Source: Takakia lepidozioides (lineage: Eukaryota; Plantae; Bryophyta). Taken from it: a stretch of 64,000 bases of DNA. The translations under genes were made by a program, and so were the position numbers. Numbering within the stretch: the stretch's first letter is position 1; each line of letters begins with the position of its first letter. The stretch lies in contig CM060731.1 in the NCBI GenBank assembly GCA_030704615.1, positions 87,916,001 to 87,980,000 on the forward strand, read 5' to 3'. Of the stretch, positions 26,671 through 39,283 are shown piece after piece. The notes beneath the pieces are model-generated. The model was given only the letters and a program-made list of their open reading frames with translations. It searched no databases and was not told the origin of the DNA.

Positions 26671-29600
26671 ATGGGGTCGGGCAAGCCGAAGCGAAAGCGG
26701 AACGGCCCAAAAGATGATGATCCTGGTGAGCCCGATGGGGGCGACGTGTCACCGAGGCGGCCGTTTGAGGAAGCGATGAATGTTTCCGAAAATGAGGCCG
26801 CTCAAGAGCGGGAGGAATCCGAGGAGTCGGAGCCCGAGGAATCCTTGAGAGCTCCGACAAACCAAGAGATGCCTCCCATGCCGGCAGCCTTTTGGGAAGG
26901 GTTGTTGGCGCAGTTTGGCGGGACGTTGAAAGACGTGTTGAAGGCGGCTAATGCCACTTCCACTAAGGCAAAGTTTAAGGTGAAGCCTAAGGAACCCGGC
27001 ACCTTCGAGGGCGTTCGAAATCGGAAGGCACTCAACACCTGGCTCCTGGAGCTAGAGCAGTACTTCCGGGCGGCCAAGTTGAGTGACGAGGATCGGTGGA
27101 AGTGGCTCCCACCTATTTGAGGGGCTATGCTCAACAATGGTGGCAGAAACGCCTTCACGACCGAGGTCCAAGCCCGGAAACCTTGAACTGGAGTGGGTTC
27201 AAGGAATTGATGAAGAGACAGTTTGTGCCCCTCAACGCGTCCTGGCTTGCCCGGACAAGATGAGGAATTTGAAGCAAACAGATGACATTCGGGGGTATGT
27301 CCAGGCTTTCAATGTGCTGTTGCTCGAAGTCGCGGACATGGCAGAACCAGAAATGGTCTTCAACTTTGTGGCGGGACTGGCCCCATGGGCCAGGCGGAAG
27401 TTGGAGGAGAAGCCACCCAAGACTTTGAACGAGGCAATTGAGGGCTGAATGTTTCTCGGATGTCCCTAGGGTGAGAGACAAGGCCGTACGGAGCTGAACC
27501 ACAAGAAGACCCGGCGGGAAGGTGACTCCTTCGACCGGAAAAGAAGTGGGATAGGCCACGCGGCGACAATGGCATGTGGAAATCGAAGGGAGGCCTTCAC
27601 ACGTCAAGGCGGCACCCGGTGCTTCGAAAGGAAAAGCGGGTGGAGCGGCTTATGGCGGACAGAAGGCACCTTTGATGGAGTGTGTTTCAATTGCGGGAGC
27701 CCGGGCACATGGCCAAGAAGTGCACGAAGCCCCGGCAATTGAACATGACTCGGGCGACCACGGAGCTGTCGGAAGATACCATCAGTCGCTTGGTGGAAGC
27801 GGTGGTCGCCAGGACTTGCAAGGTAGGCAACTATTCTTGTGAGTTGTATCAGGAAACTGGCGCCCTGCGTAAAGGGAGTCAGTTATTGTTCGTGGATGGG
27901 ATAATATCCGGAACTAATGTCGTTGTTGGTGGACACAGGAGCGTCGCACTCCTTCATGACACCGGCACGGCGCGAAAGTTGGGACTCCCGACAAGTGACG
28001 TGGGGGCCTCTATTGAGGTGCGTTCTGCCAAAGGAGAACCTCAGTTGGCGACAAGGTTGGCGTTTGATGTTCCTCTTCAACTGGGGAGTTGGGAGGGACG
28101 TGAGAACTTCACCATCTGCGAGATCGATGGAGTGGATCTCATTTTGGGGATGACCTTTTTGAGCAAATCCGGAGCGGTCATAGATGGCCGCAAGAGAGTA
28201 GTCACGCTGCCATGTGGGAATGGTGGCGAGGTTTTACGAGTGTCGGAAACGCCCAAATCCGTGGGAGGGCGAATAAACCTTCTGTCAGCAAGGGAGTGGG
28301 CCGTGGAGGAGGCACACGAGCCCCAGTTTTTGCTTTACATTAGAGAAGTGAAGGAGAAGGCGATGGGGAGCCGAGCCCAGATTGGATCAAGGGGATTTGG
28401 AGAAATACCAGGTGTGATGCCGGAGGATTTACCAAGCGGCTTGCCACCGCGAAGAGGAGTTGACCACAAGATTGAGGGTGATACCGGGATCGGAACCGCC
28501 TGCCAAGGCGCCCTACCGGTTGAGCCACAGAGAGTTGGTCGAGCTGAAGACTCAGCTCAAGGATCTAATGTCAAAGGGGTACATCCGGCCGAGTAAGTCA
28601 CCTTACGGAGCCCCGGTGCTATTCGCAGACAAGAAGGATGGGACGCTGCGGATGTGTCGATTACAGGGCTTTGAATAAGGTGACTATCAAAAACCGGTAC
28701 CCTTTGCCAAGGATCGACGACCTTTCGACGTTTGGCAGAGCAAAGTATTTCAGCGGATCGACTTGCGCTCCGGCTATCATCAAATTCGGTGGCGGAAGGA
28801 GATGAGGAGAAGACCGCGTGCAGGACAAGGTATGGTTCATATGAGTTCTTGGTGATGCCTTTTGGCTCACCAATGCACCAGCGACATTTAGCACGCTGAT
28901 GAACAGCCTTTTCCAGGAGTGGTTGGATGACTTTGTGATCGTGTACATCGACGACATCTTGGTGTACTCGAAAACAAAGGAGGAGCACCTGGAGCACCTC
29001 AAAAGGGTGTTCCAAAATTGCGAGAAGGGAAGCTGTATGCCAAAGCTTCAAAGTGCGAATTCGGGGTCACAAAAGTGGAGTTCTTGGGGCATGTGATTAC
29101 ACAGGATGGATCAAAATGGATGACAGAAGGTGAGGGCGATCTTGGACTGGGAGCCTCCGACTTCGGTCCCGGGAGTGCGATCCTTCCTAGGACTCGCCTC
29201 CTATTACCGGAAGTATGTGAGAAATTTCGCCAAGATCGCGGGGCCGCTGTCAGACCTTCTGTGTAAATCTAAAGTCTGGGTATGGAACACCTTTTGTGGC
29301 CAAGCTTTTGCTGAATTGAAGCAGCGGATGGCGGAAGCTCCAGTCTTGAAAATCCCGGAGTTCGATCGTCCGTTTGAGATTCATACAGATGCATCGGACT
29401 TCGCGATTGGGGGTGTACTTATGCAAGATGGACGTCCAGTGGCTTACGAAAGTAAGAAACTGAATGAAGTGGAGCGACGGTGGCCGACGCACGAAAAAGA
29501 GATGAAGGCGGTGGTGCATTGCCTTGAGCTCTGGCGCCACTATGTTGGTTCCAACCCAGTGAAGGTGTTTCACGGACAATGTCACGGTGAAGTATTTTGC

Positions 29601-31178
29601 CACGCAGCCCAAGTTGTCCCCAAAACAACTTAGGTGGCAAGATACTTTGGCGGTGTTCGACGTGGATATCCAGTACAAACCGGGACGGACAACGTGGTGG
29701 CCGATGCTTTAAGTAGAAAGCAGCAGCTCTTGTTGGTGTACAGGGCGAGACGGCGCTCCAAAGGAAGATCCGGAAGGATGAGCTGGCAAAGTCCGTGATG
29801 CAGGACTTGAGATGGGGGTTAATCGCAGTTCCACTTGCAAAATGGACTGCTCCGGTATAAGCAAAAACGTCTCTACGTGCCGAAGGGAGGGATCAGAGAT
29901 AGCCTCTTGAGAGAATGCCATGATAGCCCGCTTGCGGGCCACAGCAACGCACTGCGCACTCTTGAAGAAAGAATTTCTGGCCCAAACTGAGGGAGGAGGC
30001 AGAGGAGTATGTCAAGACATGCACACATGCCAACAAAACCGGAGCGAGTACAAAAAGCAAGCGGGGCTGTTACAACCCTTGCCGATTCCAGAGGGGACTT
30101 GGGAAAGCGTCTCGATGGATTTCATGACTGCTATGCCGCTGTCAAAAGGATTCGATGCAATCATGGTGGTGGTAGATAGGTTCAGTAAAATGGGCCATTT
30201 CATCCCCACCAAGGAGACGGCAACGGCGCAGGAGACAGGGCGACTTTACTTCGCCCACGTCTTAAAGCATCATGGAGTCCCGAAGGATATTGTCTCGGAC
30301 CGCGATCCAAAGTTTACGAGTAAATTTTGGAGGCACTTTGGAAGAAGATGGGGACGAGGCTGAAGATGAGCACCGCCTTCCGACCTACGACGACGGCCAA
30401 ACAGAAAGAGTGAATTCCGTAGTGAAGCAGATCTTGCGGAATTACGTGTCGGCAGACCAAACAGACTGGGTGGAACACTTAGACGCGGCAGAGTTCTGTT
30501 ATAATAACACAGAACACTCCGCAACGGGAGTTTCCCCTTTCGTATTGGTCTATGGAAAAACACCTCTGGTGCCGACAAGTTGGGCCGCCCAGGACGTTGA
30601 GGAACCGGCAGTAGCGGCGGTACTGGAAGAACGCGAGCGTTTGTTGAAGCTCGCAAAGTACAACATGCCAAAGCTAGGAAACGGTATGAAAGGCAGGCGA
30701 ATCGGAAGCGGAGGGAAGTGAAGTTTGAGGCAGGCACGGAGGTCTGGTTGAACATCAAGAATTTCGACTACCTCCGGAAGTGAGTCCGAAGTTCGTACCT
30801 CCGTATGCGGGACCCTTTCGCATTCGGAAGGTTATGAATGAGGATGTGTATGAATTGGAGCTGCCGGCAAACAGCAAGGTGCACCCAGTATTCCATGTCT
30901 CCCTTTTGAAGCCTTACTTCAAAGATGAAGCGCGTCCGAATCGGCATCAAGTGTTGCGTCCGCCACCTATGCTGTTGGATCATGAAAATGAACCTGAGTA
31001 CGAGGTGGAGGCAATACTTAAGTCGAGGAGGTTCAAGAACCGAGAAACGGAGTATCTCGTCAAATGGAAGGGCTATCATCATGTGGAGGCATCTTGGGTG
31101 CGTGCCTCAGAAATGGGAAACGCATCCGAGGCGGTTGCAGCTTTCGAAGGGCGACCTCAAAAGCGGAAGAAGCGTTGA
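26671..31178 (+). pseudogene. Frameshifted gag-pol polyprotein with chromodomain
   Basis: EPGTFEG; CFNCGSPGH knuckle (frameshifted); LLVDTGASHSF; YIDD at 28944; [12 protein letters not shown]; SMDFMT..VVDRFSK; DRDPKFTS; GPFRI..HPVFHVSLLK; YEVEAIL..YLVKWKGY..SW. Confidence 0.92.
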
Positions 31179-32080
31179 TGGGGACATCAACCTTGGAGCG
31201 TGGGGGAGGAAATGCATGCTTAGCCCGGCTTAGCTAGCTTAGGAATCCGATTGCAAAAACTTGTATTGTACAAAACGTGCTATAAATGAAATGGATTCCA
31301 AATGTTGTGCGTCCTATTTTGTTTGGAATGGTGATGCATGGTATGGTTGGCTAGTGTGTAGAATGCATGCTAGCTTATAAAAGTGGGAGAGGTAAATTGG
31401 GTTAATCGTGTTTTGCGTAGTGCCGAAATCGGGTGACCCCCATCCAGGGGCAAGGAAACTTGCGCCTTCTTTGGGAGTTCACGTGCTAGTGCGCACCTGG
31501 CGCGTGCGCGTACTATAACTGCGCTACCGAGGGGGTTGCCTTGTAGTGCGGGCTAACGCGGAAGCTACGTGCTTCCGTTCACGTACTATAATCGTGTAGC
31601 CTCGGGACGAAGTCGTAGTGCGGCTTCGGCGTGTTCCCGTACCTCAGGCCAGCATTCCAAGGCGGACCCAATTGTAGTGATTGGGGCGCACGGTTGGTTC
31701 AAGGTTATCTTCCTAGTCAAAGAGGGTTCCAGGTGAACCCTTGCTCAAGGTGATGCCAAAAGCGGCATCATGAGCGTCGCAAGCAATGTTGTTGCAGTAA
31801 GGCGATTCGATCCTCGGGGGGATCGTTCCTTGGCCTTGAAGTAGGCCAAGAAGAGTGCACTGGGAGGAGCTGGAGAGGCTCCACCCTTGGCCGGGACTTG
31901 GAGGAAGTCGGCCGAACTAGCTAGTGGAGAGTAGAGTCAAGTGTGGGGTTTGGTTCTTTGCCATGGGACGCCATGGTACGGAAACAAACTCCTTGATGTG
32001 GGACGCCACAACTTGGATGTTCGTTTCTCTACAAAATGGACAAGTCGATGAGGACATCGACTCCCTGTTGGTAGGGTGTG

Positions 32081-32835
32081 TGTCGCGGCCCTTTGCCTTG
32101 AGGGCAGGGGGTCGGGACACATGAGGGGCTGCCCTGTGGTGGGGGCATCGGGTTGAGGGATGCACCTTGAGAGTTGGGGTGCGTGGGATAGGTATGGGGG
32201 GCTAAAGCACCCTTGAGTGCCCAAGGCACTGAAGGAGGCGGAGGCGCTCACTAGGTGGAGCCCGCACAACCGGGTTGCGGTGGGGGTGGCTCCACAAGGG
32301 GTGGTGGTAGCTTAGCGGGACTTAGTGGGGGTGGCATAGGACTCACCATGGGGGTGGAGACCTCGTGGTGGGAGTCGTGGGGAGTCTTGGGACTCATCAC
32401 GGTCCATAGGGGCCGTGGTGAGTGGGCCAAGACTCACCGCGACTCATCACCGGGAGTCGAGGGTTTTCGTGGTGGTTCGCCATAAAATGGCATGGCTGGT
32501 TATGAAACCCCCGCGGACAGCTACAGAAGTATATATAGGGAGTAGTAACCCCGAGAACGGTGCAAGCCCGTTGGTGACCAAAAACTAGTGAGTAAGCGAG
32601 CGAGCCGGAAAGCGACCAAAGAGTGGGGAGCTGTTCCGGACTGCCATCTACCAAAGGGAATTCCACTAGTCCCAAATAGGTGGAGGGTTTAGTGGGGAGC
32701 AAAGGGGGACCATTATGTCCCGGTGAGCAGCCGAAGCTCCAAGTTGGCCCGGCGGCCAGGTTGGGAGTCAGGCGCGCGCATCAAAGCGAGTAACTATGAC
32801 TTGAAGGGGAGTTTACCGAAGTGAGGTGCGCGACA
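32081..32835 (+). repeat. 3' LTR (755 bp)
   Basis: Matches the 5' LTR apart from an extra ~30-bp block near 32150-32187 and a few small differences. Confidence 0.95.
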
Positions 32836-34423
32836 CTTACACAACAAACCAGATACCGCAATTTTCTGATGGGACGGGGCGGAGGCAAGGGCCCTGATAC
32901 GACTTTGTTGATGCTAAGGGCTGCGAGCAGGTCCGAAGACCCATCGAAGATGGCGAGAGCTCTGAACAGGTGCACTAAAGGCTCCCCTTTGCAATCGAGG
33001 GTCCCCCATTTGAAAGGCGAGGAAACATTTGGATCATGCAAAAGGAAATTGAACACTCCTCTAGGGTCGGATGGAGATTCTCATCGCCCGGACAGGGTCA
33101 ATTTCTCTGTACCAAAGGTGTCTCCGGTGCAGAGTAAGTCAAGTGCCCACCCCTTCCCAGGTGGGTCCTCTTCTAGTGGAGCAGGTGCAAATCATGCAAG
33201 CACAACAACAGGAATCCCATTGGAGGAGGTGGTGTCCTTGGTGCATGAATCTGATTGCATTGACAGTGAGTGGCATATAGAACGCACCCCACCAGGATCT
33301 AGAGTGGCTTGCATAGCAATTTGGACCCCCTCCTTCAAGAAATGCAAATCAAAAATATGCAAAGGCTCCAGGGGGACTCCAGCTCCAACATTCACAGGGT
33401 TGTTCCGACCTTATCATAGTGGGGAGTCAAAGGACTGGAAGTTCTTGTTCTGGCCAGACGATATGGCACGATGCGTCAAGGGAACAGTTCCGACTCCCAC
33501 TCAACAAAAAAAGATGGAAAAACAGTGCGCCGTGTCGCTTCGGGTGCAGATCACGACTGCAAGATGGAATCGTCTAGAATTTTGCAGGCTTGGGTGACTC
33601 GTATCACCGAAGTCCCGGCCCCGGGGTATGGACGGATTTACACAGTGTTGTCTACTGGCTCAGTTCTTCGTGGCAAAGAATATCAGGTTACTGTGGGGAA
33701 TTTCCCTGTGTGCACTTGTCCAGATTTTGTAACGATGCGTGAGGGCGCTCTCGGCATGAGGGGGAAGTGGGTCCCCTGCAAGCATCAATATTATATATAC
33801 CTTATAATTATGTGCTGCGACGGTAAGAGAGACCAATTCATTCACCAAGCCACACTAGGCTATGGAGAAGTCATCACTCTTCTGCAGCAGGACACCTGCC
33901 ATGGGGCTCCGCCAGATTCTCTGTGAACAGAAACGAGCCATGCCCACTTCCCGTGCTGGTTTCCAGCTTATTGTGTGGAGTCTTTGCATGTAGGACAAAC
34001 ACATACATTTCGTTCGTGGAACCAGGGCAATTGCACATGCCATTCATTGTAGGCGTCTTTTTGTGAATTGAAATAAAGTGTGACGATCATTCTGAGCTCA
34101 AATCTGCCATATGTTCATATTCCTCTTTTTGTGTAGACATTGCAGACATGGTGCATGGTGGCCCCTTTGTTTTGTCCACGGTAATAGGCCCTCTTCCTGC
34201 AATCCTCGCCTATAGGGCCTGCTTCTCCAGCACATTGGTGCCGCTCACGCTTCCCTGAAGCGTGAGCTCAGCTCACGCTTTGCAGCTACAACGTGAGCTC
34301 AGCTCCCAGGCTCACGGGGCTGGGCTCACGCCGTAGCTACGCTGCCGCGGAAATAGGGCATGCACATGTGGAACGATGCTGATGTGGCGTGAGCCTGGCC
34401 AGGCTCACGCGCAGGCATCCCCC
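32836..34423 (+). mobile_element. 3' part of MULE copy D (SWIM C-terminus to 33926, then terminal repeat)
   Basis: QQTRYRNFL, HLKGEE..GSCKRKL, CTCPDF..CKHQYY; GCTCACG arrays at 34240-34410; terminus GCTCACGCGCAGGCATCCCCC has the same spacing as the TIRs of copies A and B. Confidence 0.8.
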
Positions 34424-34585
34424 AGGCAGACAACTAACGATGGGGCTCTCTTTGCACCCGGCCTCTTGATCCATAGACTTTAGAAAATTGGGACGTGCGA
34501 TTGAAGACCAAGCGATCATCTTATTGAAATGGATACTTGTCAACTATCCGGTGTTAGAGGGACCTAATCACCAACTAGGGGGGCG

Positions 34586-35177
34586 ATTGTGGCATAGCTT
34601 TCTAGGATTGTGTGCTTAGAATGTGTGGTGGACAGCGATGTATGTTGTGGCATGATGCTTAGGTGCACAACAGCCGTCATGGTTTTAGTCATGGTTAACT
34701 AGAATTACCTACTTCTAGTTAATTAGGACATTTTGGATATTTATATTTGTATTTTGTGTGTGTTGGGACTTCATTTGGTCTCATATGTCAAGTGAGGTGT
34801 CAATCCTCACTTGGGACATGGGGGTGGGTTTTCCCCTTGTGAGGGTTGATGAGGGTTCGTCTTCTTGTAGTTGAGCCTCCATGAGCTTCTCTCACCTCCA
34901 TAGCTCTAGGTATTGAGATGGAGTGTGTTGAGGGCTTTTGTAGGGTGGATTCCCTTAGCAAGGGTGCCCTTGGCTTGACTTAGTTTATGTGATAGAATGG
35001 ATTTCACTTGGAAGGACTAGGCTTAGTGTGATTGCTTCATGCTTAGAGAGCTTTCATTGTCATCCACTCCTCCATTTCTCATCTCTTATCATTGTGGCAT
35101 AGCTTTCTAGGATTGTGTGCTTAGAATGTGTGGTGGACAACGATGTATGTTGTGGCACGATGCTTAGGTTCACGACA
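34586..35177 (+). repeat. LTR 5' fragment (34676-34991) bracketed by an 87-bp imperfect direct repeat (34586-34672 / 35091-35177)
   Basis: Direct comparison with 9290-9598 and between the two repeat copies. Confidence 0.75.
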
Positions 35178-37458
35178 AAAGATTTGAGTGACGGGATCAA
35201 ATGGGATTGAGGCGAAATTAGCATGGTTTCATCCCTCATCCAACAAGCCAAAAAGTATCCAATTTGGCCAATGCATGTGAAGTTGCCACTTGGTCAAACC
35301 TGGGCAAATCCCATCTTTCTCTCTGTCAACCATTAATGCACTACATTAATGGTTGCATACTTAATTTGGGTTCAGGTTAGACGGAGCTAAGTTAGGTCCC
35401 GAAGGCGCCCCTTAGCCCTAAGGTGCTGCTCCTGTTGAGTGTCCGATTTTTTGTCTTGTATATTTTATAAGTCTTGCGTCTGTAAATTTCTATCCAACGG
35501 TTAGTACTATTGACGTATTTACGAAAACAATAGTCTAGAAATAGGTAATACGAATGTATAATTACTCTCGGGATAAATAGTTATTATATATATATATATA
35601 AAGATATTCTAATGTAAATATTAGTTATTAAGCAAACAACAAAAGATAATTTCAACTAACCAGTTTTATTATTATTATGTTGTTGAATATTTGTATTTAT
35701 GTATAGATTTACGTTTAAAAGATAGAGATATTTATTTATTTAGTTTTTAACAACCCCAATTAATTTAGCTGAGTCAAGAATATATAATCAGTTAGATCAT
35801 ATCAGCCCAATAAGCAATTTGAATATAACCAAAATAAAAATAAAAATAAGCAAAACGTTAATAGGCAAGCAATGCGGCTAATGGGAGTTGAAAGCCAACC
35901 CCGGAGGTGCGAGCTAAATCACTAACCAATAAGTCCATCAAGATCCATTCAAAACCAACCTGCCTATCTAACTAGGGCTTCGCGTTGCTCCGCACTACTA
36001 GCGACGAATTCTGAGAACTACGTTCAATTTTTCACAAAAAGGGGTGGGTCATCCCCATGGTATTACATACATACAACCCATATTTCATTGTTTTCCGGAA
36101 GAAGAACGGCGGAGTGTTGCCGAAGCTATCATATTATTTTTATTCTTCAAAGGAAAGAGGCGAAATCTTGCTGGTCCCTCCTTTTCGGCATCCCCAGAGT
36201 TTGACAAGTCTAATATCAATTGGAAGCACATAAAAGGTTGCCATTAAGACCAATTACGATAGGTAGACACCTAACACTTTCAAAAATAGAAGCTATTTCT
36301 CACGAATCAGGCCCCTTCAATACAATGAGGAGAAAATAACCTATTTGATAAAGATAAAGGTAAATTTTCTTTGATGTCCAATGATTTACAGAGCCCACTG
36401 CTCAACAAAGGGACCGGAGGTGGGGGAGAAAATCATACCACACCGACAAGGTCAACCTTGTCTTTATATTTATATATACGGTAAATTGTATTAAATCAAG
36501 GGAAATAACCTTGGGAGAACTTTAAGGCCTTAGGTGGTATCATAGCCTAGGGGAAGATATTTTTGTCTTGGATATGAAACTGCAAAAGGCTACATTTGTT
36601 TGTTGTGGTATGGATCAAAAATCCGGACCGAGGGGGTACATATTGACAATATTTCATGAAGATAAGAGCTGTTGCTCTACATAAATGACCAAAACAGAGG
36701 GAAGTCTTGGATGGGGAGGACCACACTTAGGTTCCTTGGCTCCTATCATTGTTCTTCCCAGTCTTCTGTTTGAAAATAATCAGTTAAAGAGGGTAGCCCT
36801 GGGATGGCTGGAGATGCACTAGTTACAAAGTTGCCACTAGCCTTGGCCCAGAGAGAGGGGGGCTGGTAAGCCAAGCTGGAAAATGTTGAACAAGAGAAAA
36901 CTTCATCAGCACTACTGGGAATGGTGAATTTCACATTGAGTTAACAATGCCTGAACAGATCGATACACTGAACATTCTTGCGAGGGGCCAGTTCCATTAT
37001 ACAACATTAAAACCAATCTTACAAAGCCACAATAGCCCATACCAAGGCTACTGGTCACCTTGGTCGAAGAATAATGACCTACAATGTTGCACTTCAGGCG
37101 TTTCCAAGGAACATGAGCTGCACATGGGGGAACCGGGCACCAGAGAGTCGCAATGAAGGTGCCAGCGACTCATACCACTTACTACCATGGCTTGGCCAGC
37201 TCCTCACTGTGGTGGCAAAGAATGTACTCATAAGACGTTGATTGTCGTAGCCTTGTGGCCAATGACCCTGCGCCCAGTTTGAGTGGAACACAAAGGGATG
37301 TGTGGCAAAGAGAAAATTTCTTTCCTCCTCTGTTAGAGGACTGTCTGGGACTTAGACACTTTTACGGGATTTGTGGGGTACCCTTAATTTTTGCACAGAC
37401 TGAGACCAACAGGAGCCTTAGGGGTGACAGCAGCGCACTTTAGGGGGGGGGGGGGGGT

Positions 37459-37630
37459 TACACAGCCCGTCACAGCCAACACAGCCCGTCACAGCCAACA
37501 CAACCCGTCACAGCCATCAGCCCGTCACAGTCCGACACAGCCAGACACAGCCATCACAGCCAGTCACAGCTCGACACAGCCAGTCACAGTTTCACACAGC
37601 CAGTCACAGCTTGACACAGCTGTCACGACC
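37459..37630 (+). repeat. CACAGC-based short tandem repeat in the leader of the second Gypsy element
   Basis: Repeated (GT/GA)CACAGCC; the same core recurs at 61545-61875. Confidence 0.8.
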
Positions 37631-39283
37631 ATAGGGAACGGATAGCAGGACAGGGAACGACTGTGGGGAACAACATCTGCGAATGGATCATGTTAGTTCA
37701 CGGATGACGGTTAGTGAGGGAAACGGTTAGAACAACGGGTAGGAAGATAAAGCCAGGAGCAAGGACTGGAAAATGATCACTTCTTGGGGGGACATGAAGC
37801 AGAAAGCGCATCTCTGAGCAGAGGAGGGAGAGCACAAAGAAGGAGGAGAACGATCTGTTGATGCTTGATGAATGCAAGCAGTAGAGTTGTAATGTAGAGC
37901 AGATTAGAGACTCCATGGCTTCAGCCTGATACTTGATAGATATTAATCTGATACATACTTCCTACTCACACTGTGTAGAGAGATCTGAGTGAAGTTGTGG
38001 AATGAATGGATGAGTTGATGGAATCCGATAGATTGCTGAAGCAAACTGATACTTAAATACCAACAGTAAGGTAACTAGCTAACATGAATGTGGGAAGGAA
38101 AACAAATAGGAAATACCCCCATGATACACTAGCTGTAGGTCATGACTGATTTTTCTGAGCGGGCTGAGTGCTTAGAGATTTCCAACTCTTCTATCTTGGA
38201 GTTCCTGCCTCGGATAGCGAAGGGATGGGTGAGTAAAAAGCCGCGCGACATTTGGCGACCGTACTGGGAGACTGGGTCATGAACAACCAGATGTGACAGG
38301 CATCTGGTGGGATCATGGTGGTTGGAGAATTAAAGAATTTGATGTGAATCAAATTCCTTGTGAAACTGAGAAGGAAAGATTGTCGAAACGATTCTTTCAG
38401 AGGTTCTTGGAATTGCCAGACGGTTGTAGAGAAAACATTTTAAGAGAGTGCATGATGCTGACCCTGAATGGGGTCTGGAGAAAGGAGTGATAAAGATTTA
38501 TCAGGTGGCCTGTAGAGGAAGAGCACGTTGGTTACCAACACAGGTTTATGTGATAGCATTGCTATCCATTAAGCGAGTAGAGTTTGAAGGCTGGGAGGAA
38601 AGAAAGGTGAATGTTTATACTCATATGCATGAAGAGCTTGTACTGGTAAAGAATTGGATTCCAAAGGATATTTTGTGGATCAAACTCACACCAAGAACAG
38701 CTTTCCAGACTTGTTTGCCATATGGTTATATGGTAACGGAGACTTCTAGTATAGCCAAGGGTGCATTGAAGCTTGAAAGAAACCCAGGCATATATGAGAG
38801 ATATTACAGACGAGAGTTTTTGGTTATTTCCACATTAAAAGAAATGAAAGACATGGGACATGAGTGATGAAAGAGAAGCTAGACGCCAGAGATATTCCGC
38901 AAAAAGAAAGCTATCTGAAAGCTAATTATCCATATCTTTGGGAGAGAGGAATAGACATAAGGGAATCATCTGGACCTCTCACACCATTAAGATCAGAGAG
39001 TACATCACCCATACTGGAAGAACTAGAGTTGGATGCCACTCATTTTTTTTCTTTGCAAGAAAGATTATGGGAATTGGTACGGAAGAAGATCAATCATGAG
39101 GTGAAGGATTTGAAGTACATCCCTGGATAAAAGATTTGACAGAAATCTTTGATAAGAGTTGGCATGGAACACCAAAAGCAGGAACTCCAGTTTCTGAAGC
39201 GGAAGGTGAAGAAGGAGGAGAGGATGTGGCAGAGAGCCAACGAAGAGTTCAGACTCTCCAACACCATTGCAGTTGAGTTACAT

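Larger units (their letters stand above)
25894..32835 (+). mobile_element. Ty3/Gypsy chromovirus LTR retrotransposon, both LTRs present, no TSD
   Basis: LTRs TGTCGCG...CGCGACA, PBS, and gag-AP-RT-RH-IN-chromodomain order. Confidence 0.95.

Noticed and set aside
35870-36001. tRNA-like relic (minus strand) and Helitron-like 3' end (GCGGAGCAACGCG..CTAGT)
   Set aside because: Boxes and hairpin are too weak, and no 5' end or helicase was found.
36535-36546. PBS-like TGGTATCATAGC
   Set aside because: One mismatch, not preceded by an LTR-ending CA, and no gag follows.
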